In this document: positions 20,311-28,680 of the stretch, piece after piece | How positions within the stretch are numbered: the first letter of the stretch is position 1 | Layout of the letters: every line of letters begins with the position of its first letter | Assembly (NCBI GenBank): GCA_963978235.1 | Contig: CAXBQM010000001.1 | Location: forward strand, 8,080-72,079 | DNA length: 64,000 nucleotides | From: an uncultured bacterium | GTDB lineage: Bacteria > Actinomycetota > Actinomycetes > Nanopelagicales > Nanopelagicaceae | Direction of reading: 5' to 3' | The notes under the pieces: model-generated | What the model was told of the DNA's origin: nothing | Databases searched by the model: none | What the model saw: the letters and a program-made list of their open reading frames with translations, nothing else | Program-made: the position numbers and the translations under genes

Positions 20311-21164
20311 GAGATACCAGCGAAGATATCGGTTTCTCGACCTTGGTCATCAAATGGCCCAGATTTTTCACCATGTACCAATGTGTAGTACTCGTTTCCA
20401 AAAACTTGTAACCCCAAATTATTAGAGAGTGCAAAGAATGGTCCATCCACTGAAATTTGAGTGGAATGAGCTTTCATCGCTGCCATCTTTTTTTCAACAA
20501 AGGAACCACCATCGACAACGGTTGTGACGAGTTCATCCGGTTGCGCGAACGGGAAATCTTCGGCTTTTTCAACGCCCATGAAGTCTGACCCGATTTTCTT
20601 CATCTCAGCAATGCCTTCTTCAATCACGGACCGCGGAATAGTGTTCCAATAAATTTTTGGAATTGACCATCCAGCGGAACGCGCTAACTCTGCTGCCCGC
20701 ATCGCGACTCGGTGAGCTTGGATGTGATCCGGGTGGCCATAACCGCCATTGGTGTCATAGGTAATTAATACATCTGGTCTGATTTCTAAAATTATTTTGA
20801 CGAGTTCCTGGGCCGCATCATCAATATTTGCGCTCCAAAAAACATCCGAGCGCGAATTGGGTTCCGTACCCATCATTCCACTATCGCGCCAGATTCGATG
20901 CGGTGCGCCGAGAAATCTATGGTCAGATACACCGATTATTTTCATCGCTTCCGCTAATTCTTTTTCGCGATGCGGACCAAGTGCATCATCATGTGAGCTT
21001 GCCAAATGTGCCAGTTCTGGAACTAACACTTCGCCTTCTTCGCCACGTGTACAAGTAACTAAGGTGATACGTGCGCCTTCCGCAACATATTTCGCCATCG
21101 TCGCCCCATTATTAATAGTTTCATCATCAGGGTGTGCGTGAACGAGTAATAAAGATTTAGTCAT
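20307..21164 (-). CDS. mshB: PIG-L family deacetylase, MshB-like (GlcNAc-Ins deacetylase)
   Basis: [22 protein letters not shown]..., HPDH, and a TCTRGEEGE-type metal/active-site pattern. The start is at ATG 21164 ([15 protein letters not shown]). The 66-codon upstream extension is rejected. Confidence 0.8.
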   Translation of the reverse strand: MTKSLLLVHAHPDDETINNGATMAKYVAEGARITLVTCTRGEEGEVLVPELAHLASSHDDALGPHREKELAEAMKIIGVSDHRFLGAPHRIWRDSGMMGTEPNSRSDVFWSANIDDAAQELVKIILEIRPDVLITYDTNGGYGHPDHIQAHRVAMRAAELARSAGWSIPKIYWNTIPRSVIEEGIAEMKKIGSDFMGVEKAEDFPFAQPDELVTTVVDGGSFVEKKMAAMKAHSTQISVDGPFFALSNNLGLQVFGNEYYTLVHGEKSGPFDDQGRETDIFAGIS

Positions 21165-21181
21165 ATAAGCCCATTCTGCCG

Positions 21182-21187
21182 TACGAT
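21182..21187 (+). promoter_or_regulatory. -10 box TACGAT, 7 nt before the in-frame ATG 21195 of the TetR gene
   Basis: TACGAT-GTTGCCA-ATG. Confidence 0.3.
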
Positions 21188-21194
21188 GTTGCCA

Positions 21195-21806
21195 ATGAGT
21201 ACCGACCAGAAAGATAATCGCGCGCGGTTGCCACGCGACGAACGCCGTGCTCAACTTCTCTCGGCAGCGCTTGAAGTATTCACGCAGGCTGGATATCACG
21301 CAGCAGCAATGGATGAAATTGCCGATCGAGCCAGCGTCAGTAAACCGGTTCTCTACCAACATTTTCCTTCGAAACTCGATCTCTATCTCGCAGTTTTAGA
21401 TTTACATATCGACTCACTCGTCTTTGCAATCCAAAAAGCAATCGCTTCAACTCCGGATAACGCGGCCCGAGTAAAAGCAACCATTGATGCCTATTTCGGA
21501 TTTATCGAAAGCGAAGGCGAAGCTTTCCGACTTCTCTTTGAAAGCGATATGAGCGTCGAACCACAAGTAAGGGAGCGACTCAATCGAATGACTTATGACT
21601 GTGCTGCCGCGGTCAGCGCTGTTATTTCTATAGACACTGGATTACCTAAAGAGGCGTCGATGCTCTTGGCGATTGGAATCATCGGCAATGCACAAATTAC
21701 TGCGCGCCACTGGCTCGATCGTGACAGCACTATGACTCGTGATCAGGCATCTACTTTTGTCACGAATCTCATTTGGCGCGGAATTTCCGGATTCCCAAAA
21801 TCCTAA
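21195..21806 (+). CDS. TetR/AcrR-family transcriptional regulator
   Basis: N-terminal [44 protein letters not shown]. The start is either 21195 or 21186. Confidence 0.85.
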   Translation: MSTDQKDNRARLPRDERRAQLLSAALEVFTQAGYHAAAMDEIADRASVSKPVLYQHFPSKLDLYLAVLDLHIDSLVFAIQKAIASTPDNAARVKATIDAYFGFIESEGEAFRLLFESDMSVEPQVRERLNRMTYDCAAAVSAVISIDTGLPKEASMLLAIGIIGNAQITARHWLDRDSTMTRDQASTFVTNLIWRGISGFPKS

Positions 21807-21812
21807 TAGACT
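21807..21812 (+). promoter_or_regulatory. -10 box TAGACT, 7 nt before the DUF3107 ATG
   Basis: TAGACT-CAGAGTT-ATG, directly after the TetR stop. Confidence 0.3.
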
Positions 21813-21819
21813 CAGAGTT

Positions 21820-22098
21820 ATGAGCGCTAAAAAACAAACTGGCACTAATAATTCGGATTCAGATAACGCGGTATCAGAAATTAGAATCGCTGTGAGCGAT
21901 GTGGCACGAGAAATAACGATTCAATCAGCGTTAGCTCAGGCAGAGATCCTCGATCGAGTTAATAAAGCGCTGAGTGCAAATGCTGCGGTGGTCTTTGATG
22001 ATGTGCGTGGTCGGCAATTCTTAATCCCGGCACAGAAAATTGGTGTCATCGAGATTGGTGATGCCACGGAGCGAAAAGTCGGATTCACTAATTCTTAA
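21820..22098 (+). CDS. DUF3107 domain protein
   Basis: IRIAVSDVAREITIQS...DDVRGRQFLIPAQKIGVIEIGDATERKVGF matches the DUF3107 pattern. It follows a TetR gene, as in mycobacteria. The start is at ATG 21820, not the track's 21739. Confidence 0.7.
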   Translation: MSAKKQTGTNNSDSDNAVSEIRIAVSDVAREITIQSALAQAEILDRVNKALSANAAVVFDDVRGRQFLIPAQKIGVIEIGDATERKVGFTNS

Positions 22099-22106
22099 GA
22101 AGTAAC

Positions 22107-23048
22107 ATGGTGAACATTGCTTTAGAACCAGACCAAAATCCCGTCTACGTTAAAGCGATCGAAGGCGCTGGTGGCGTTCTCTCACCATTAAATAGTGAAG
22201 TCGGAAGTAGTGAAGTTGGAAGTAGTGAAGTTCGTGCACTTGTGTGGACTGATTATGGTGATCCCACTGGCCTGCAACGAACGCTCGAAAAGAATCCACA
22301 ATTAGAGTGGGTACAGCTCCCCTTTGCAGGCGTTGATGCGTTCGCACACTTATTGCACTTTCCGGTGAAATTCACCTGCGCGAAAGGTGCCTATGCTGAA
22401 CCAGTCGCAGAACATGCGCTCACTTTGGCGTTGGCGCTTGGTAGAACCATCCCAGAGCGAGTTCAAGCTAAAAGTTGGGGACGAAAGTTCGCCGACTCAC
22501 TTTTTGATACCAATGTACTCATCATTGGAGGTGGTGGAATCGCTGAAGTTTTAGTTTCACTGCTTCAACCATTTCGCCCGAAAATAACGGTCTTACGAAA
22601 ACACCCGCAATATTCGTTTCACGGTAGCGCTGAAGTTCTTAGTTTCTCAGAATTCGATGCCGCAATTACGCAAGCAAAGTTTATTTTTATTACTTGTGCA
22701 CTTACTTCCGAAACACGAAACCTCTTTAATGATCGTGCCTTTAAACTCATGCGATCAGACTCATATCTCATCAATGTTGCTCGGGGAGAAATCATTGATC
22801 AACCCGCACTCATTCACGCGCTTCGTCACAACGAAATCGCCGGAGCAGCGATCGACGTTACTTATCCAGAACCGCTGCCTGATGGTCATGAGTTATGGAG
22901 CGCACCACATGTATTGATTACGCCACACACGGCAGATACTCCAGAGCTCATTACTCATCTCTTTGCGGAGCGGCTTCGAATAAATGTCAGCGCATGGATT
23001 GCAGGTGAAGCACTTACTGGTGAAGTTGACCCGATTCTGGGTTATTAA
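22107..23048 (+). CDS. D-isomer-specific 2-hydroxyacid dehydrogenase family protein
   Basis: NAD fold IIGGGGIAEVL and catalytic-type residues NVARGEIID and ITPHTAD. Confidence 0.8.
   Translation: MVNIALEPDQNPVYVKAIEGAGGVLSPLNSEVGSSEVGSSEVRALVWTDYGDPTGLQRTLEKNPQLEWVQLPFAGVDAFAHLLHFPVKFTCAKGAYAEPVAEHALTLALALGRTIPERVQAKSWGRKFADSLFDTNVLIIGGGGIAEVLVSLLQPFRPKITVLRKHPQYSFHGSAEVLSFSEFDAAITQAKFIFITCALTSETRNLFNDRAFKLMRSDSYLINVARGEIIDQPALIHALRHNEIAGAAIDVTYPEPLPDGHELWSAPHVLITPHTADTPELITHLFAERLRINVSAWIAGEALTGEVDPILGY
22194..22232 (+). repeat. In-frame 15-nt tandem repeat, about 2.6 copies (AGTGAAGTYGGAAGT), encoding SEVGS-SEVGS-SEV
   Basis: Read directly: agtgaagtcggaagt / agtgaagttggaagt / agtgaagtt. 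Confidence 0.9.
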
Positions 23049-23054
23049 ACAAAA

Positions 23055-23666
23055 TTAAACAAAAAAGTCTTTGATTGCGCTCACAATCATTTCCACTGCA
23101 ATAGCCGCCAAAAGTAAGCCAGCAATTCGAGCCAGCAACATCACGCCGGACTCTTTGATTACTTTGACGATAGTTGTCGAGAACATCAATGTCAGCGCGA
23201 TAACAAGATGCACGCCGATGATGGCGATTACTAACGCCAAGCCATAATTAAAAGTCTGTACTTTCTGTACATACACCATGGTCGCAACAATTGCGCCAGG
23301 CCCTGCTAATAACGGGGTTCCTAGTGGCACCAGTGCGACATTCACATCCGGGTTTTCGGTTGCATTCCCTACGCCACCACGTAAAAGTTCTAACGAAACC
23401 AGTAAAAGTAATAATCCACCGGCAGCCTGCAGAGCCGGAATCGAGATATTTAAGTAGTTAAGAATTAATCGCCCAAATAACGCAAAGAGGGTTATAACAA
23501 AAAACGAAACAGTTGCCCCTTGAATCGCAAGTCGAATCTGGCGTCGTTGTGATTGGCCTTTGACGAGTGAAAGAAAGATTGGAGTTGCACCAGGCGGATC
23601 AAGAATGACAAGCAACGTAACAAATGCTTGCATGCCGAATGTCAGCGCCGACATTGTTGTGTTCAT
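23055..23666 (-). CDS. MarC-family (UPF0056) integral membrane protein
   Basis: LVILDPPGATPIFLSL N-terminal signature and 6 TM segments. The start at ATG 23666 overlaps the PHP gene stop. Confidence 0.75.
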   Translation of the reverse strand: MNTTMSALTFGMQAFVTLLVILDPPGATPIFLSLVKGQSQRRQIRLAIQGATVSFFVITLFALFGRLILNYLNISIPALQAAGGLLLLLVSLELLRGGVGNATENPDVNVALVPLGTPLLAGPGAIVATMVYVQKVQTFNYGLALVIAIIGVHLVIALTLMFSTTIVKVIKESGVMLLARIAGLLLAAIAVEMIVSAIKDFFV

Positions 23667-24511
23667 CGTTTGATCACTCTTCTCTGGTTGGCTCGAGCTT
23701 CCAACTTCTCCCACTGATCTGGCCTCGTTGAATTCTCACCTAGTTGATTGAGTTTACCGGTTCCGTGATAATCACTTGCCCCAGTTATTGCCAAGTCATA
23801 TTCAAAAGCGATTCGAAGTAATGAGGCTCGTTCGGTTTCAGAGTGATCGCGATGATCCACTTCAATGCCATCAAGTCCGGCCGCAACGAGATCACTAAAC
23901 ATCTCCGCAGTGATGACTCGACCGCGGTGTGAAGCATAAGCATGTGCAATAACGGCTACGCCACCAGCAGCTTTAATCAATTTGATAGCGGCCACAGGAG
24001 TTGGTGAATAGTGAGAGATGTAATACTTACTTTTATTATGTAACAGCGCAGTAAAAACTTCATCGCGAGTTTTCATGGTTCCACGCGCAATCAGCGCATC
24101 GGCAAGATGTGGTCGGCCCAATGTGGCACCGTCTGAAAGTTGAGCCATTACTTCTTCTAGCGTGATTTCGATGCCAGCTTCATTGAGGCGGGCAACCATT
24201 CGCCCCATTCTGGTGACGCGATTTTCGCGAGTTTTCGCAAGCTCATCACTCAGCGCCTGGTTCTTTTCATCGAAGAGCAGACCAAGCATATGCACGCTAA
24301 TTCCATCTTCGGTTTGGCATGAAATCTCTGAACCACATACTAAATTCATGCCACTCGGAAGTGCAGAAATTGCTTCCTGCCAACCACTCGTTGAATCGTG
24401 ATCGGTGATTGCAAGCGTAGTAATTCCCGCCACAGCTGCGTTGCGCACAAGTTCAGCAGGTGAATCTGTGCCATCACTTGCATTGGAATGGGTGTGAAGA
24501 TCAATCATCAT
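23663..24511 (-). CDS. PHP-domain phosphoesterase (TrpH/YciV-like)
   Basis: MMIDLHTHSNASDG, ITDHD, and an HGT...GSDYHG-type metal ligand pattern. The start ATG 24511 overlaps the EamA stop. Confidence 0.8.
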   Translation of the reverse strand: MMIDLHTHSNASDGTDSPAELVRNAAVAGITTLAITDHDSTSGWQEAISALPSGMNLVCGSEISCQTEDGISVHMLGLLFDEKNQALSDELAKTRENRVTRMGRMVARLNEAGIEITLEEVMAQLSDGATLGRPHLADALIARGTMKTRDEVFTALLHNKSKYYISHYSPTPVAAIKLIKAAGGVAVIAHAYASHRGRVITAEMFSDLVAAGLDGIEVDHRDHSETERASLLRIAFEYDLAITGASDYHGTGKLNQLGENSTRPDQWEKLEARANQRRVIKR

Positions 24512-25410
24512 GAACTCTTTGGTGCCGACTTTTGAGAGCGAAGAACAAAAACACCACAACCTACAAGAATTAAAATAATTCCAGGAATAACTCCCTGCGG
24601 TGGAGTTTGATTGAGCCACCACCATGCCAAAAGAGCAGCAACTGGTACTTCAAAGAAAACGATAAGCGAGACCACAGTTGGTGAAACGCGTTTTAAAGCA
24701 AAGTTAAACATGGTGTGACCAAGAATCTGCGCACTTGCGATAAGCGCTAGTAGTAATAACCAATCTTGCTGTGAATAGCCAAATGCTCTTTGTTTTAAGA
24801 GAAAAATAACTGGGAATGCGGTCAAAGTAGTGGCTGCATAGCACGCGGTTGTGTAGGTAAATGTTGAAATTTTCTGTTGGGCTTGTGAGCCGATAATTAC
24901 GTATGCAGCGGAAAGTGCGCCAGATACCAAACCAGCAATATCTCCAATAAATGCTCGCCACGAAAGTTGCAGATCCACACCGGTAATCACCAGCACACCA
25001 ATAAATGAAATGGCCATTCCCAGCCACGCAGGTTTAGGGATATGACCACCCAAAAAAGTAGTAAAGATGGCTGCGAATATCGGTTGCATCGCTGCCAGTG
25101 CGGTGCCGGTTGCCACGCTCGTGTATCTCATGCTGTAGAAAAATCCAACGAAGTGTGAAGCTAATAAGACACCAGCACATGCTGCCCAGAAGATTCCTTT
25201 GCGTTGTTCGGAGGTTCGCCACTCACGTGCGCGTAACGCAAATGGCAGTAATAACAAGGTGCCACCGAGATTTCGCCAGAAGATCAGCGCTAATACTGGA
25301 ATTGTGGTGAGTGCAATGATTGGTCCAGACATTCCCACACCAAGAATTCCAAGAAGCAATAATGGAATATCTCGACCCACTGGCATTTTTGTGTGGTTCT
25401 GATCCTTCAC
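24508..25410 (-). CDS. EamA/DMT-family transporter
   Basis: Ten hydrophobic segments in a duplicated 5+5 arrangement. Confidence 0.75.
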   Translation of the reverse strand: MKDQNHTKMPVGRDIPLLLLGILGVGMSGPIIALTTIPVLALIFWRNLGGTLLLLPFALRAREWRTSEQRKGIFWAACAGVLLASHFVGFFYSMRYTSVATGTALAAMQPIFAAIFTTFLGGHIPKPAWLGMAISFIGVLVITGVDLQLSWRAFIGDIAGLVSGALSAAYVIIGSQAQQKISTFTYTTACYAATTLTAFPVIFLLKQRAFGYSQQDWLLLLALIASAQILGHTMFNFALKRVSPTVVSLIVFFEVPVAALLAWWWLNQTPPQGVIPGIILILVGCGVFVLRSQKSAPKSS

Positions 25411-25416
25411 AGAGAA

Positions 25417-25422
25417 AACTTA
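25417..25422 (-). promoter_or_regulatory. -10 box TAAGTT, 6 nt before the EamA GTG
   Basis: Minus-sense TAAGTT-TTCTCT-GTG. Confidence 0.35.
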
Positions 25423-25447
25423 CACGCGACCTTCCATATTGAAGGGT

Positions 25448-25453
25448 TACCCT
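25448..25453 (+). promoter_or_regulatory. -10 box TACCCT, 6 nt before ATG 25460
   Basis: TACCCT-TCTCCT-ATG. Confidence 0.35.
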
Positions 25454-25459
25454 TCTCCT

Positions 25460-26716
25460 ATGAGCGGGAATGTAATTGATCGTGTATTCCTCGCCCGGCT
25501 AGCAGGGACAGCAGTCTTTGAACCCAATGGGGATCAAGTTGGCAAGGTGCGAGATGCGGTCGCGACCCTTCGTGCCAATAATCAACCACCACGAATACTT
25601 GGCTTAATTGTTGAAGTTCCACCGCGTCGTCGCATTTTTGTGCCCATCACTCGAGTCACTTCTATTGAAAGCGGCACGGTGGTAATTACTGGTTCACTCA
25701 ATATGCGACGTTACGAACAACGCCAAAATGAAATTCTAGTTATTGCTGAAATGCTAGATCGAACGGTCACTCTCAATGAGAATGGCGAAAACGTAACAGT
25801 CGAAGATATCGCGATGGAACCAACCCGAACTGGCGATTGGTTCTTAAATCGCGTGCATGTGATGCGCAAAGGACGCGGTCTTCGTCGTGGCGCATCGTCA
25901 ACTGTAAATTGGGAAGATATATCTGGCATTGCTCTTCATGAGTCCAATCAAGGAGTCGGAAATCTTCTGGCGACTATCGCTAATTTGCGCGCGCCTGATC
26001 TTGCTTCGATGATGCATGATTTAACGTTGAAGCGTCGCGTTGAAATTGCACGTGCACTTGATGATGAACGACTTGCCGATGTACTTGAAGAGATGGATGA
26101 AGCTGCTCGCGTTGAATTATTAGCAGAATTAGAAGGTGAACGCGCCGCAGATGTTCTCGGCGAGATGGATCCGGATGATGCGGCCGATTTACTTCGTGAA
26201 GTGGGTCAGGAACGTGCGCAAACACTTTTGGAACTTATGGAACCAGATGATGCGGAAGATGTCCGACGCCTGATGCGTTATGAAGATTATTCTGCCGGCG
26301 GCATGATGACAACCGAACCGATTGTGCTCACTGCTGATACTTCGGTTGCCGAAGCGTTGGCAACGGTGCGAAAAAGTGAAATTTCACCTGCCCTTGCTTC
26401 ACAAGTTTATGTATGCCGATCACCACTGGAAACTCCAACTGGTCGATTTATCGGAATCGCTCATATTCAACGCTTACTACGTGAAGTTCCTTCAACTTTG
26501 CTTGGCTCAATCGTCGATACTGAAACTTCTGCGCTCGCACCAGAGACAAATCTCAATGACGTTTCCTCTTATTTAGCAAGTTACAACTTGCTTGCCGTAC
26601 CCATTGTTGATTCGAATGAACGACTCCTTGGTGCAGTGACCGTTGATGACGTGCTCGATCACCTCTTGCCAGAAAATTGGCGACATCGAAACAATCAAGT
26701 GACGGAGGTGCAATGA
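25460..26716 (+). CDS. Soluble MgtE-N-domain / CBS-pair protein with PRC-barrel-like N-terminus and no membrane domain
   Basis: The acidic MgtE_N region (DLASMMHDL...LEEMDEAARVELLAELEGERAADVLGEMDPDDAADLL) is followed by two CBS motifs. There are no TM segments. Start 25460 was chosen from the leaderless geometry; the track start is TTG 25439. Confidence 0.75.
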   Translation: MSGNVIDRVFLARLAGTAVFEPNGDQVGKVRDAVATLRANNQPPRILGLIVEVPPRRRIFVPITRVTSIESGTVVITGSLNMRRYEQRQNEILVIAEMLDRTVTLNENGENVTVEDIAMEPTRTGDWFLNRVHVMRKGRGLRRGASSTVNWEDISGIALHESNQGVGNLLATIANLRAPDLASMMHDLTLKRRVEIARALDDERLADVLEEMDEAARVELLAELEGERAADVLGEMDPDDAADLLREVGQERAQTLLELMEPDDAEDVRRLMRYEDYSAGGMMTTEPIVLTADTSVAEALATVRKSEISPALASQVYVCRSPLETPTGRFIGIAHIQRLLREVPSTLLGSIVDTETSALAPETNLNDVSSYLASYNLLAVPIVDSNERLLGAVTVDDVLDHLLPENWRHRNNQVTEVQ

Positions 26717-27213
26717 TGGCTGGCAATAAGGGTTTAGATACGCCTCGCACTGCGCGTCGATCATTTCGTCCTTCCTATGACCCAGAAACTTTTGGTCGCC
26801 TCTCTGAACGTTTTGCTCGTTTTCTTGGAACTGCCCGGTTCTTGGTCTACATGTCAATCTTTGTTGCCATGTGGACAGGCTGGAATTCCATTGCACCAGA
26901 ACGCTTGCGCTTTGATTCATACCCATTTATTTTCTTAACGTTGATTCTCTCGCTACAGGCTTCATATGCAGCACCACTTATTTTGTTAGCACAAAATCGC
27001 CAAGCTGATCGAGATCGAGTTCAGTATCAAGAAGATCGCGCGCGCGATGAGCGAAATATTGCTGATACTGAGTACCTCACCCGTGAGTTAGCGAGTTTGC
27101 GTACTGCAATTAGTGAGGTTGCGACTCGCGATTATGTTCGCGGTGAAATTCAAGAAGCGCTTGAGGAGATTCTCGCTGAATTACGTGGAAAGTCCGAGTC
27201 GGACTCCAACTAG
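26713..27213 (+). CDS. DUF1003 membrane protein
   Basis: Two TM segments and a conserved QNRQADRDR motif. The ATG overlaps the upstream stop (ATGA). Confidence 0.7.
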   Translation: MMAGNKGLDTPRTARRSFRPSYDPETFGRLSERFARFLGTARFLVYMSIFVAMWTGWNSIAPERLRFDSYPFIFLTLILSLQASYAAPLILLAQNRQADRDRVQYQEDRARDERNIADTEYLTRELASLRTAISEVATRDYVRGEIQEALEEILAELRGKSESDSN

Positions 27214-28299
27214 CGATTTCTTTCGTTGCGTTAAATTCGTAACAACTTTTGATATTGCTTGCGCAGCAGCTGAATCCGGTTCTGCAACTACTAACGGTTG
27301 ACCGTTATCACCACCGGTTCTGAGCGCAGCATCAAACGGAATTTTCGCCAGAACTGGTACATCTGCGCCTAACAAAGTACTCAGTCGCTCCGCAGTTGCT
27401 TCGCCACCACCAGAACCAAAGAGTGAAATCGATTCGCCACAGTGCGGGCAGGGAAAATTCGACATGTTTTCAATTACCCCGATGACATGTTGTTTGAGTT
27501 GATGCGCAATTCGACCAGCGCGTTCGGCAACTTCTGCAGCGGCAATTTGTGGTGTTGTCACAACAATGATCTCTGAAGCAGGAATGAGTTGACCTAACGA
27601 GATTGCGATATCTCCCGTGCCAGGTGGCAGGTCAAGGAAGAGAAAATCGAGATCTCCCCAATAAGCATCGCTGAGGAGTTGTTCAAGCACGCGATGGAGT
27701 AACGGTCCGCGGTAGGCAACCGGATCTGCGCGATCAGGTTTGAACATCTCCATCGAAACAACCTTGACGCCGAAGGATTCAAGCGGGATAAAAGTTTGGT
27801 CGATAGCGGTTGGTCGCTTTCCTTCTAAGGACATTAAACGTGGGATGGAATGGCCGTACACATCCGCATCCAAAATTCCTACTTTGAAACCAGCTTTGGC
27901 AGTCGCTATTGCAATATTGACGGTGAGCGATGATTTACCAACGCCACCTTTACCCGATGCAATTCCAATCACTCTCGTCAAAGAATCTGGTTGTGCGAAT
28001 GGAATAAATGCTTCTCGACCGCCTCTGATCAACTTCTTTACTTCATTGCGTTGGGCTTCATTCATCACGCCAAATTCAATTTCAACGTTGGTAACTCCTT
28101 CAACCTCACTCACCACAGAAATCACATCGGAGCGAAGTTTCTCTTTCATGGGGCAACCAGCAATGGTTAAAAGTATTGTGATGCGAGCAATTCCGGATTC
28201 ACACGTTACTGATTCGACCATTCCCAATTCAGTTATTGGTCGATGAAGTTCTGGATCAATAACTTTCGCTAGCGCTGAAGATATTTTTTCACTTGTCAT
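27181..28299 (-). CDS. mrp: Mrp/NBP35 (ApbC) Fe-S cluster carrier ATPase
   Basis: N-terminal DUF59-like domain, Walker A SGKGGVGKSS, and CPHCG. Confidence 0.9.
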   Translation of the reverse strand: MTSEKISSALAKVIDPELHRPITELGMVESVTCESGIARITILLTIAGCPMKEKLRSDVISVVSEVEGVTNVEIEFGVMNEAQRNEVKKLIRGGREAFIPFAQPDSLTRVIGIASGKGGVGKSSLTVNIAIATAKAGFKVGILDADVYGHSIPRLMSLEGKRPTAIDQTFIPLESFGVKVVSMEMFKPDRADPVAYRGPLLHRVLEQLLSDAYWGDLDFLFLDLPPGTGDIAISLGQLIPASEIIVVTTPQIAAAEVAERAGRIAHQLKQHVIGVIENMSNFPCPHCGESISLFGSGGGEATAERLSTLLGADVPVLAKIPFDAALRTGGDNGQPLVVAEPDSAAAQAISKVVTNLTQRKKSLVGVRLGLST

Positions 28300-28327
28300 G
28301 AGCTGCTCATAAGTTGATAGGAATAGC

Positions 28328-28642
28328 TTACAAAATATCAGGATCTAACTGGACTGCTTTTTTAATCTCTTTCACTTCTTTCACTGGTGAATCTGCTTGT
28401 TCTACTACGCTGGTGATATGTTTCTTAATAAAAGTTTTTGGATGTAAATCTTTGACATCGAGATCTTCATAGCCTGGACCTAAATTACTTCGAAGTTCTT
28501 GCGTTAAACCCTGCGCCAGATTTCGTAACTTCACATAAAGCTTTGCGGCGTCAGATGCCACGCGTGGCATTCTCTCTGGACCAACCAGAATTACGGCGAG
28601 GATGAAGAGGCCGAGAAATTCTCCCGATCCAATATTGAACAT
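28328..28642 (-). CDS. tatB: Twin-arginine translocase subunit TatB (TatA/E family)
   Basis: MFNIGSGEFLGLFILAVILVGPERMPRV. Confidence 0.8.
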   Translation of the reverse strand: MFNIGSGEFLGLFILAVILVGPERMPRVASDAAKLYVKLRNLAQGLTQELRSNLGPGYEDLDVKDLHPKTFIKKHITSVVEQADSPVKEVKEIKKAVQLDPDIL

Positions 28643-28680
28643 AACCTCATCTTAGTAATGAGAAGAAATTCCGCATAACC

